Shown: piece by piece, positions 52,952-64,000 of the stretch | Layout of the letters: each line of letters opens with the position of its first letter | How positions within the stretch are numbered: the first letter of the stretch is position 1 | Source of the DNA: Camelus dromedarius | Taxonomy: Eukaryota | DNA: 64,000 nt | Direction of reading: 5' to 3' | Assembly (NCBI RefSeq): GCF_036321535.1 | Contig: NC_087437.1 | Coordinates: 93,436,001-93,500,000, forward strand | The notes under the pieces: model-generated | Told to the model about the DNA's origin: nothing | Database searches by the model: none | The model's input: the letters and a program-made list of their open reading frames with translations, nothing else | Made by a program: the position numbers and the translations under genes

Positions 52952-55900
52952 CATTTTTTTAATTGTCTTATATTCCATCGATTACTTTTTCACCTCATTT
53001 CATATATGAGTTTTCAGAAAATCCCAGTATCAATGAATCAAATATTTTAGGAAAAAGTCGATATTTGTGATATCCTCACTTTCTCCAGACCGTTTCATGA
53101 AAACTACTTGTGAGTACTTTGGAAATTTTCTGACATACTCTGAACCCAGACATCTGTACTATTCAAATATATACTATTACGTAGCCCGAATCAAGTGGTT
53201 TTCAGATCACAGGATGTATTTCAGGCTGGTGACTACTGGTAGAAAACTGAATACTAGGTGTTTAGAGATAAAGGTGGCATCATGTATATTTCCTTCCCTC
53301 CCCCAACCTTCACTTTCCGCAAAGTCACAAATAATATACTCCTAGTATCATTTCTCTATCATTTCTCTGATAATTATTTACCTTTGCATTTGAATAGTTA
53401 TTGGTTTTTGAGTTCCCCTTACATAAAACTTAAATGTATATTTAGTATGATGAAGGTGTGTTTAATTTCTGGCAGTTCCCTTTTACTCTATACAGTATGA
53501 GCTCCATTATATAAAAAGCTTTTAATGAAATATGCTTCACCACATCCACTTATAATCAATTCAATGAATTGCTTGTTCACTGCTTCCTGGATGCCTTGTA
53601 TTAATAGCACAATGTGCCATTATAGGAACACAGAAAATATTCACTGAATGATATGTCATTGATACAGCAGATATCTTCATATATTAAATGTTTTCATTAG
53701 CTAACATTAACAATGTTATTTTTATTAGTTGGATTTTTCAGTGTAACAACAACAAATTGATCAAAATGGCTCCATCCACAAAGTCAGGTTATCTTCTCTC
53801 GCCTACTGTGAACCTATCTAAATTAGCACCACTTATCCCCTATGAGACCAGATAGGATAAAAACTTTCTAACAAGAGCTGTAAAAGTCCTATATATATAT
53901 TTGTGCTTTAATTGTGGAGTAAACTATATATATTTTCATGATTTAATATAGGTTTAATCATCTGTTAGTATTTTAGCTGTTTCTAAGTCCCAAAATAATT
54001 CCCTTCCTGATATTGTTATAGAGAAGTTATTCAACCTCGTGGGACCTAACTCATAACTGAAGTAATATTTTAGTGAACAGAATAAGGCTGCTAAACAAAA
54101 TACATTCTTTACAGAACACTTCATTAGTCAAGCTTAGTCCTGTCTAGGCTTGTTGCTGGTTATATTTTCTCATATCTCTTATTTAGGAAGCAGTGAAAAT
54201 AGTGCCTCCAGTACAGACAAAATAAATTAATATACATAGGGAAAAGTCTTATAGAAAATGAAATACTTAAAATGGAGCCTATATGTTATATGACTTCCTA
54301 TCATGATCTGTACACCTACCTCAATTCTCAGACGTATTGAATAGTGAAAGTACAATCAATCATTTTATAATTGAATAATCTGTCTTTTTGTCCTTACTGA
54401 TATTATATAGACAGGAGAGGTCTCTTTCTAATGGTTTAACAGTTCTTTGACAGACCCTTGGAAAATGCGTTGTTTAGATGATCTCTCAAATAATCATACT
54501 TGTGACACTGTCACTACTAATATTGAGGTTCATAGTCAATTATGTATGCAATAAATTTATCAACTATAGAACTGAAAATCAAATATAGCAAAGAATACAT
54601 ATTCAACTGAATATATATGAGCAATGTATTCCATTAACAATGTAATCTGTTTTTTTAATTTGTTTTTCACATAAAATGTGGTGGTGAATGTATGAGAAGT
54701 AAATTAGAGTTGATTTAAGAAAGAGTGAGAACAGAAGTAACATTGAAGTAGTAATTAGATTTCTATGTTCTTGTATTATTTTCATGATTATTTCAGAAAA
54801 ATTAAACATTTATAGAAAATTTTTTGTTGTATTATTTATAGAACTTTTTTTTCTTCTTTAAGGACATATCTGTTTATGCAATGATGTGAAACATAAAATA
54901 ATTTCCTTTAAAGATACTGTCTCAGTTTTTGTATCTAGAATTGTAGTGTTTAACATAATTGTGAAGACCACTAAAAAAAAATGAGACCTGAAGAAAATAA
55001 AATCATCCTCTAATCAATTTGAGCTAAATATTTATTGTTATAGCAAAAATTAGTATATGACGTGCTCTTCTGGAATAGATTAATATAATTTTATAATTGA
55101 AAATTTGAACCATGAGAGAAAATAAAATTTATCAATGCCTATTTTCAGAACTAAACTATTTCAGTGGATTATTATGTAGTTTTAAAATAATCTCTAAAAA
55201 GTTATATATTAAAAACAAAATTCTAACCCTGATTTTGTAAAGATAAAATAAATACTGTACTTAATTTGATATAATTATGATAAGTCTGTGCATCATTCAG
55301 AAACCCTTCCTGCTAAACATTTTTTTTATGGCAAAGAAATGTGGGATATTTGACTCCCTTGACTGAAAATGAAGGGGGAAATATTTAAAAAAGAAAATTT
55401 GTAGCTAGAATTTTGGTGGCATCTGAACTGGGAGGAAAGTATAACATAATAGCATTACATTTTTCCATAAACCTTTGGGGAAAAAAAGAGTAACATGTTA
55501 TAAAATAGATCTTTTTAATTATTAAGATGCTGAGTGGATAACATTGTGCACATTAAATATATATGTGTGTACTATATACATGTAATATATATCAAACACA
55601 CACATATAAATCCAATGACATTAGAAATTCAAAAGTTGAGTTTTTGAGCTGAGGGTTTAGGTGGTGGTCAATGGAGAAATCTTGCATGGGAATAGTTGCA
55701 TTGGAATATAGTTCAGAAGATCATACATCATGACTCTATGCATGTTCTGATACTGTGGGTACCAAATATAATGTAAATTTTAAACCTCAAATAAAATATA
55801 TTATCTACTAAAAGTGCTGCTTTCATTTATTCTTTTTATCTTGAGATGTTCTGAATTGGAGACAGATTTCTAATTAACTACCCCACTGCTTCGGTCCTCC

Positions 55901-56879
55901 TTGCTCCAGATCTTACCCCTGCAGTGACATGATGAAATCCAGCTGGAAAACTCTACTATACAAGGGCCAAACACTTCACTGATGAGGGACAAAAACAATG
56001 GATTTTTCTCAGTTTATATACATATAAGCATAAAAATATTTACATATACACATATGTGCATATACATATACACGTATACATTTCTCAAAGGGCAGAAAAC
56101 ATTTTGCTTCTTTGATGAAGAAGATGCTGGATTCTCACACTAACTTTTTGGAAATTAAACACATCTTCCCAAGAAGCAGATAAATGCCTGCTCTCTCTGG
56201 CTTTTATGATCTAGAGATGTCTCTCAGGTCTGTACCTCTTTCTTTTGAAATGTGAAAACCTAGGAAGATAGTGTTCCAGTCTCCTTGGCCCTTGGGGAGC
56301 TTACTCTAGGACCTAGTCTGAGCCATAAGCATCTGCCTCTCTCGAGGAGATAAGGCATGCCTAGTATCCTTTCAGATCAGAGAAGTTAACTTATGAACAA
56401 TGACAGTAATGTCACAGAGGGGAAGTGAGCTTTAGGAAAACATAAAAGCAAAGCCAAAATGTTATTTTGGTGTGTGTCACACTCTTCCTTGCCCTTAACT
56501 AATTGTGACTCTATCTGAAGTGTATGCCTCCTAGGCTCATGAATTGATTGCTCTGTGTTATTTGTTTTTAGAGAAAGGCTAGAAGTATTTTTTATGTTTT
56601 CTGGGTAATTGATATTAAAGTAATTTGGGCAATGGTTGTCTACTGACTTCTTTATTTTATGACTGATCTCTGGAAACTTAATTCAAGAGTTTTAAGGAAG
56701 AAAAAGAATGGACATTCATAATATGTTAAGTTAAACAGTATATTATCATGTAATATAGTACATCAAATTGTATTAGAAGAGGGACATAAAACCAATACAG
56801 TAATATTGGTAATCAAGTTAGAAATAACATGGACTCATCACTTTTTAAGGAATTTAAAAAAAATAGCTATTGGATTTCT

Positions 56880-57172
56880 GGTAGTGTTTTTTCAGTTGTT
56901 ACATGAAACAATCTGAAATACAACCTCAGTGCCAAGATTTTGGTCTCTAATGCTCTGATGCTATGCTTCACTAAAAGAACCAGAGTTCTTAGGAATCAAC
57001 AATGACTGATTCTATATGTGAAATGGGAAAGCTCAAGGCAAGTCTTGCTAGAAAGAAATAGTTTTTCATAGATGGTGGAGACTGTATTAAGTAGGATCAG
57101 ATAGAAATTTCAACTTCCAGGGAAGAAAACTAGAGGCCAAGAAGGACAAATTGAACATTAAAACAAAATAAT
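56880..57172 (+). mobile_element. L1MC/L1MD-type 3' UTR fragment
   Basis: 'cactaaaagaaccagagttcttagg...ggacaaattgaacattaaaacaaaataat'. Confidence 0.65.
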
Positions 57173-57174
57173 CA

Positions 57175-58140
57175 AACCTTGCTTTCGAGTTAGGTGCAGT
57201 TGGTCTTGGCAGGACCGTGCTTCCTCTGACAACTACTAAAGGAATCTAGGTAAGTTCCAAAAACTGGATTTTTAAAGAATCCAAGAGCTGTGGAAGCAGT
57301 GAGGACTAAAATAAAGGGAAGCTCCAAAGAGGGGAGAATCGCTCATAACTAGCTGACAATTGGCAGCTGTCCCTCCTCCCTGTAAGCACCTGCTGGCGCA
57401 GCGTGTGGGCGGCAGATACAGGCAGGGACTAGGCCAAGGGCTCCTGCTGGGTCACAGAGAAAAGGAGCAGAAGTGTTAGTGGTGCCATGGGTTGCTAAAG
57501 TGACAAAACTGGAGTCTTGGAGGCCTTGAATGTACAATTAGTTTCCTGGGCTAGACATTTTCTGAATCTGAAAGGGCGAATGAAATGGTCCATCCTCTGG
57601 TGGTGTTTAGGAGCAAAAGGTCCACCACCCACCTGGGGGAAGGAACTTGAGAAAAAGAGAGGCCCAAAAAGAAAGCGCTAAAGAAAGTGATTAACTGGCC
57701 TTGGGGTGTGGGGCTCCTTTTCACCTGTGCACACTTATTCTGGGGCTAGATAGGAGCCTGAGAACCCAGGAAAAGTCCTGGTCAAAGGAAACGCACGCAC
57801 ACACACACACACCCCCCTGAGGAATAGATAACCAGGAAGCATTTTGGCCTTCATGTGGGGTTGAAGTGGCATATTAAAAGCTTCAAACACATACTTATTC
57901 TTTACCTCAAGGCATTTACCAATTTTTGAAGTTTATGGGGTCAAATATAGAGGTGAGCTAAAACCCTCTGAAGGGCAAAACTCAGTATCCTGAAGTCTTG
58001 CAGTGATGAGATGACAAAGATGTATACAATCTCAGTTAGAGCCCTAGAAACAAAGTAGCCTGAGGAACAGAGATTCAGCAGGAGACCTTACCAGAGGAGT
58101 CGCACCATGTACAGCCCCAGTCTAACTCATACCTACGTCC
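57175..58140 (+). mobile_element. Probable old L1M/HAL1 5' UTR
   Basis: GC-richer block beginning 'aggaccgtgcttcctctgacaactactaaaggaatctagg...tttaaagaatccaagagctgtgga'. Confidence 0.45.
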
Positions 58141-58614
58141 AAGGAGGGACATTTCATTATGGTACAGCATTCAGTTCAAAAGGAAGATGTCAGAATGCTA
58201 ATCTGTAAGTTATGTGACTATTATGTCATCTACAAAGATTCAGAAAATCGTAAGGGTATGAAACAGTCCCCAGTGGAGTAGTCTAGGGCTTAAAATACTG
58301 GCACAGAATGAGCATTCAGTTAGAATTAAATGTCATGTATTTTTCCTAATGCCTCCCAGTATTCTGAATTTTCAGTCAGTTTTTGTTTTGGCAACCAGAG
58401 CAGAAAAAGTGGATGATGGTGGTAATATGAAAAATAAATTTAGAGGACGATAACAAGAAAACAAGAACTGAGGGGCCCATGTCTTTTATAAAATCAAACG
58501 TAAAAGTAGTCCATAATTGGCTTAGGGAATTAAGAAGTATAAGCGTTTACTGATACCACAGAGGAATAGTAATTAATTCAGCAGTAGAGGAGGGGATTTA
58601 GAGAGTTTGAAGCT

Positions 58615-59148
58615 GTGTTATTATGTGATACGCTCTTGCTGGCAATGCTTATTTGGGCTGGAACCCTGAACTGGGAGCATCATGAGGTCCGTGAGAAAGC
58701 CAGGCCTGCGAAACTTAAACCATGGGTTGGGAGTAACATAACAGGGGAGAGTTTAGGAGCTAGAAGCTTGAAATTCACCCAAGCTTGTAGTCCAGAAAGG
58801 AAATAGAGTGAGAGGTAAGAAGTGGTAGTCACGAGCCTGGACTTGAGGGAGAGCAAAGAATCAAAAAATTTTAATAAGCAGGAAAAGGCAAATAACTAGT
58901 TCATAAACAAGGTGCTTAGTAATTGTGGCAGCCACGGAGGGGGCATTGCTCAGGTCATCGTTCACTACAGAAGGGGAAATGTTTAGATATTCTGAGGAGG
59001 AGGATTGCATGCAGGGTCTGAATTGACATTGATACCTGAAGTGTCATCATGGCCTTCCTCTTAGAATGGGGTTACACAGAGGATGGGGTAACAGACGGGC
59101 TAATACAGTTCACCAGTGTCCAATAACAGTCAAAGTCCAATGGTTACA
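58615..59148. mobile_element. Possible old LTR (Gypsy/ERVL-like)
   Basis: Compositionally distinct ~530 bp block with tgt...taca ends; no clear TSD. Confidence 0.3.
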
Positions 59149-59299
59149 GTAGTTCTGTGGAACAATTCATTAGATATTTACCAGTTGCTGAATATAAAAT
59201 TGGAGTTGACAAATCAGCATACATATACACATACACATATACATATATACACATTATGAAATATGTCATAGTAAATGTACGTTTATATATAGATACACA

Positions 59300-59440
59300 C
59301 GTTATTCTTATTTTACAGAAAAGAAATGAAGCGCAGAGAAGCAACATAATTTTACACAGCTGTAAGTGACAGAGCTGAGGTCTGCATCCAGGCTGTCAGG
59401 CTCTGATATCTGAGTAGTCAGTCCTTACGATGCTGCCTAT
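59300..59440 (-). mobile_element. MIR SINE
   Basis: 'attttacagaaaagaaatgaagcgcagagaag...acacagctgtaagtgacagagctg'. Confidence 0.8.
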
Positions 59441-60339
59441 TCTGAAAGTATAATAGAGTATCTGCTTTTGAGTTTGCCGATTGTGGAGTAAGCATTGAAC
59501 TTAAACCAGTAACACCCATTTCATCTCCATTCTAACATGTATTATGTAGTAAAATAAATAAATAGTATCACAAGGCAAGTCATTCTGCTTTATAAAATTG
59601 CAGCGATTTTTTTCATCATTCAACACATAGTCTGACTCTGGCAAGTTTATTGTGCTGCTGATTTGAGTGCCAACAGCCTCTTGAAGAAAATTGGCTTTTG
59701 CAAAATAGTAAGTTTTAAAGCAGTCACATTGCAAACCCCTCCAGCAGAAAGGAGTAAAAATGCTATTACATTTCTTTTGTAATTTCTCTTTGGATCTGTT
59801 CTTCTGGAAAAGATGAAATTGAGCCAAATAGTTTTCAGTACATTGGAGGTCACAGAAAAGAAACCCTTTCTTCCGGGAAATGCTCCACAGAGACAGCGCC
59901 CAGTGGCATCCAATTAAATTTCTGGAAAGGTTGAGCTGAGTTTTCATGGCCGTGCCTGTATTTGCCACATTGCACCCCTGATGAAGGGAAACACTTTTAT
60001 GACTCTTCCAACATGACGCTAAGAAGTGAAATGAGTAATCATTAGTTTGCATCATCCATTCTGTTTTTCTAAGGTGAAAACATGTTTTAATTGAAGTCAT
60101 GGAGGAGAGAAAACCTTTTTAAAAGACTCCTATGAAATAGGAGGCGTTGAAGGCATTCCTTTTGCTCTCTTGATCACCTGCTTAAAGTTGGAAAAAATTA
60201 CATTTGCCTTTTGTTCATCTGATTGCTTGGGAGATTTTGAACAATGCATATCGATTACCTAATTTATGCTCATATCATTCAATTTTACCCCAATAGTCTC
60301 CAAATGGTAAGGAAAAAACTCATTTAGTGTTGATATTAT

Positions 60340-60570
60340 TGAATGAATTCATTAATTTATTTAATAGATATTAATTACGCCATGATGATATGTCAGACAC
60401 TACATTTAGAAGTAAAGATAAAAAGTGAATTATAAGTAACACCAACATCCAGGCCCATAGGAGAGACAAAATTGTAAACAAATACATTAAAATAATGTAT
60501 AAGAAGTGTTTAGTAAGATTGTATACAGGGAACAGAGCACAGAGGAGGAAATGATTAACTTCTCTCTTTA
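60340..60570 (-). mobile_element. L2 3' fragment
   Basis: 'gggaacagagcacagaggaggaaatgattaact'. Confidence 0.6.
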
Positions 60571-61279
60571 TACACTTCTTATCATCTTCAGATTTTTGCA
60601 CCTTTATCATCAGAAAAACAAAACACATGGAAAGTAAAAATTAAAGTAGAAAATTAGTTTATTAGCATCCCCCCAACATGTGTACAAAATAACTGGTAAT
60701 ACCCAAACTTGAATATGGCTTGGTTATTATATTTGTTTATTCTTTCAACCACTATGTCAAGGATCAATTTTTAAATCTTTAGTTGTTCAATAGATCCAGT
60801 CCAACAGATACATTATCATATAATGATTTTTCATGGTTTTTTAGGAAATGTACTTTTTTCACAATTTTCAGTGATTTCTTGGCATGATTGCCTAACAGTT
60901 TATTTCTTCCTAAGAGGCTTGGAAGAGTTAGGGTTGTTCTGTAAATGACTAAGTGACCAAATACTAACTAGCATATTCCATAAACGTAATCCGTAGTTAA
61001 GTTGGCTAAGAGGTCATCTATAACACGACCCTTGGTTTTTATCACTCTTTTCAAAGCTTAAAATCACATAGAGTAGAAAAAAAACAGAAGAAGGTGAATT
61101 AATGGATATCTTTGTTTCGTTTAATTAGCATGTCTTTGGGGATAGGAAACTGGGAGATAACTGCATCCCTTTCCTTTGAAAGAATTGTTTCTTCCTCACT
61201 CTGACTTTATGTTCCTGACCTTTTTTTTTAAATAAGAAAACCTTGAGTGTATTGGCCTACCACAGTACTCGCTTCCTTC

Positions 61280-61520
61280 TGGCTGTCTAAAAGCACCCTC
61301 TTTGTGTCACACAATTCTGTATTATGTTTCACTGCACTTCTACTTAACTAAATTAATTTTATTATAATGTTTTAGCTGCTGGCTCTCTGATTCCCCTGTT
61401 GTAATTTAACATGCACAAAGAGAGAAAGAGTTTGTCTTGTTCACACCTATATACCTAGATTGAGATCATGACCTGGACCATGATAGGTTTTTATATAATA
61501 TTTACTGAATGAATGGACAG
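61280..61520 (+). mobile_element. L2 3' end
   Basis: 'tttgtcttgttcacacctatatacctag...aatatttactgaatgaatg'. Confidence 0.7.
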
Positions 61521-62124
61521 GCACAAGAATAGAAATGTGATATGAAACACAGTTAAATTCTCTCACCTAGAGTTTTCCAAGTGTAGTTGGCAGGTAAAAT
61601 CCCTTTTCTCTTGGATCCTGGAGTAATCTGTAATCTCAGAGCCATCCTCTCTCATGTCTCCCAAGAAAAGTCTCAATGAATGAAGGTGACCCACAGTAAA
61701 AAGCAGAGATGAGATGAAAAAGATGATGAGAATTTTTGTTGGATTAATATCTGGTTTATACTCAGTGAAGCCCAAAGAGGACCCCTGGTTTCTGCAGGTT
61801 TTCCTTCAACAGTTACTCTGACATCTTTCCAATAAAGAAGAACCCTTTAGCAAAAACTAGAATTAGAAATCTAATTTCCATGCCAAACAATCTTGACTAA
61901 TCAGGGTGGAAGGGAAAAGCAGTTTGATTTATTGAATGACTATAGATGGAAGTAAAAACTGCTCTAATAATACTGTTAATATTTTCCACTTAGCACCGTA
62001 ACAGTGTAAACCACTTTCATGTGGAGTAGATCATCTGAGAGTCATAGTACCTTGAGGAATTTGACGTATCCAATAGCATAATTTTCCAGATGAAAGTAGA
62101 AATGCTCAGGTAGTACTTATTAAT

Positions 62125-62330
62125 ATCATAATGATGACAAGATCTTACTTTCATTGAATGCTTAGAATATGCCAAAACTTGCACTGAACATGTTAATGCT
62201 CAAGGAAACCCTGGCGGTAAGTTCTATCATAACCACAATTTAAGAACTGAGGAAGATATGATTGAAGAATTAAGTTCTTTCCAGAGATACACAGGTAGTA
62301 GTTAGATGATCAGGCACATTCACAATGCTA
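62125..62330 (-). mobile_element. MIR SINE
   Basis: 'tcattgaatgcttagaatatgcca...ggaaaccctggcggtaagttctatcat'. Confidence 0.6.
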
Positions 62331-62779
62331 GTCACACTGAGATAACAGGGATCTGAACTTGTCTATCGCAATAACAGTAATTGGATAATATCTAATATTA
62401 TTACTATGAACAAGAATCACTGTATATTCAGATGTGTTTAGTAGGTAATTTTTTAGAAAGACTTATTTCACTGATTTATATCTCTTGTTGATTACTTCCC
62501 TATCTGCATCTCTATTCCTAATTTCCTTTCTGATTTGTAGACCTAGCTACTTGAACAGCAAATAGTTCAGTTAGGCTGGAGCATAGATTTTAAGAACGAG
62601 GAGTGTGTTATAATACTGGGAAGGATAGCTACTGACAAACAAAGTGGGGCCAATATATGAAGGACATTAAATATCAGGCTGAGAACTGTGGTCTTTATCG
62701 CTAAGTGAAGGAGCCAGCAGGGACTCTGGTTGGAATTGTGTACTTGATCATATTTCTCAAGACACAGTTCTGAAATAGA

Positions 62780-63650
62780 TACTATTAATTCTCTCTTGGA
62801 CCAGATAACTTGCTTCCTACCTTAATTAATTTAATTAATTTCTCATGTTGTTCTACTAGAAAAGCATCATTGTCTCTACATGGACTACAGAGTAAAGCCC
62901 AGATAGGTCAGTCTGAAATTGACTGACCTCAGCCTAAAATTTCAGAAGCACTTGCCCTGCCCTGATGAGATCTTATCTTTGCTAGAAGAGCCTCCCACAT
63001 GCATTTATGCTTCCATCAGGCTATGTTCTGATACGACCTGCATTTCCTAACCTTGGTATTTCCCATACCTGCAGTGCACTCCATCTACACTCCTCTGTAT
63101 GAAAATTTCCCCGATTTATAGTACCTGCTTCAAAGTGCACCTTCTCTGTTATGCTTGTTCTCATCTTTCAGTGAAAACTAATTCTGTAATGCATCTTTTA
63201 TGATTTGGTGGCTCACCAAATGTTGAACGTGTGAAAGAATTGTTCTCTGCACAAATTGTTTCATGAAATTTTGGGTTAAACAAGCTTGAATGGATGTTTC
63301 TTCTGACAAGCCTTCTAGAGGCTTTTATATAGTAGAGTGTATGTCTTGAAGGGGAAATATACCATCCAGCATATTTAACTAAGGAACTTTTTTTTTGGAT
63401 ACTTCTTAATATCTCCTATGATTACTTATTCACAGAATACTATTTGGGAGGAATAGCATTATTTGACACTACTTGTTACATTTATTTAGTTTGTGATTAT
63501 GTTGCAATTATACATGAATATGTGTTCCCTTCCTTGACTGTCAATTCCTGTGAGCAAAAAGTTTATCTTGTTTATACTTGCTTACCTTGACGTAGCTTGA
63601 CAGTTTCATAGCATGTGGAAGTTATTTGCTAAACGATAGTTGAATTTAAT
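62780..63650 (+). mobile_element. L2 fragments split by a hAT-Charlie (MER103-like) element at ~63215-63450
   Basis: L2-like text on both sides; insert ends 'cacagaatactatttgggaggaatagc'. Confidence 0.5.
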
Positions 63651-64000
63651 GGAATCTTTGCATTATGCTTATGGTTTTCAAGAAGAAAATAAGACACTTT
63701 TATTAGTGAATATCTTATGTTAAACATTTTCTACACATATATCATAGATCAAAATATTTCATATATAGAAATATTTTAATTTTATATTGTACCAGTAAGA
63801 TACTGAATGTTGTACTAAGTCCAGCATTTTTACAGAAAAAATTTAAATAACTAATAGAATATTTGGTTTCTACCATAGAATTGTTTAAAATCAGGATTTT
63901 TTTCTTACTTGTCTGTAATTCTGAATAATCTGGAATGACTAGATAGCTCCTTAAAGTATCTTTATTTTTTATAATTTTTAACAATATTTTATGGTTCAGT

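Noticed and set aside
57350..57500. CpG-island promoter
   Set aside because: Only a handful of CpGs over ~100 bp, within a probable old L1 5' UTR
59501..60100. 199-aa minus-strand ORF as a protein-coding gene
   Set aside because: No recognisable domain, composition typical of translated non-coding DNA, no promoter or splice support

Overview
AT-rich eutherian genomic DNA, very probably camelid, because the single young SINE is of the tRNA-derived Vic-1 type and no Bov-tA, PRE-1 or Alu is seen. The window is an intron-like or intergenic stretch dominated by transposable-element fossils. I find no credible host protein-coding exon, RNA gene or CpG island. The ORF-track entries I could assign are L1 or Tigger fragments, and the rest look like chance ORFs. 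Main contents: (1) a 5'-complete but dead ~7.9 kb L1 on the minus strand (43468-51325) carrying three nested insertions; (2) a nearly complete Tigger2 transposon; (3) a 5'-inverted L1; (4) several solo LTRs; (5) many L2, MIR, L3 and MER relics. The most unusual signal is an unannotated ~550 bp fossil of an ancient CR1/L2/Crack-group reverse transcriptase at ~4740-5250, still readable at protein level. There are also motif-dense candidate enhancers and a 47-bp palindrome. I do not see evidence for a novel biological system. Repeat subfamily names come from my recollection of consensus sequences rather than a search, and boundaries of old repeats are approximate.
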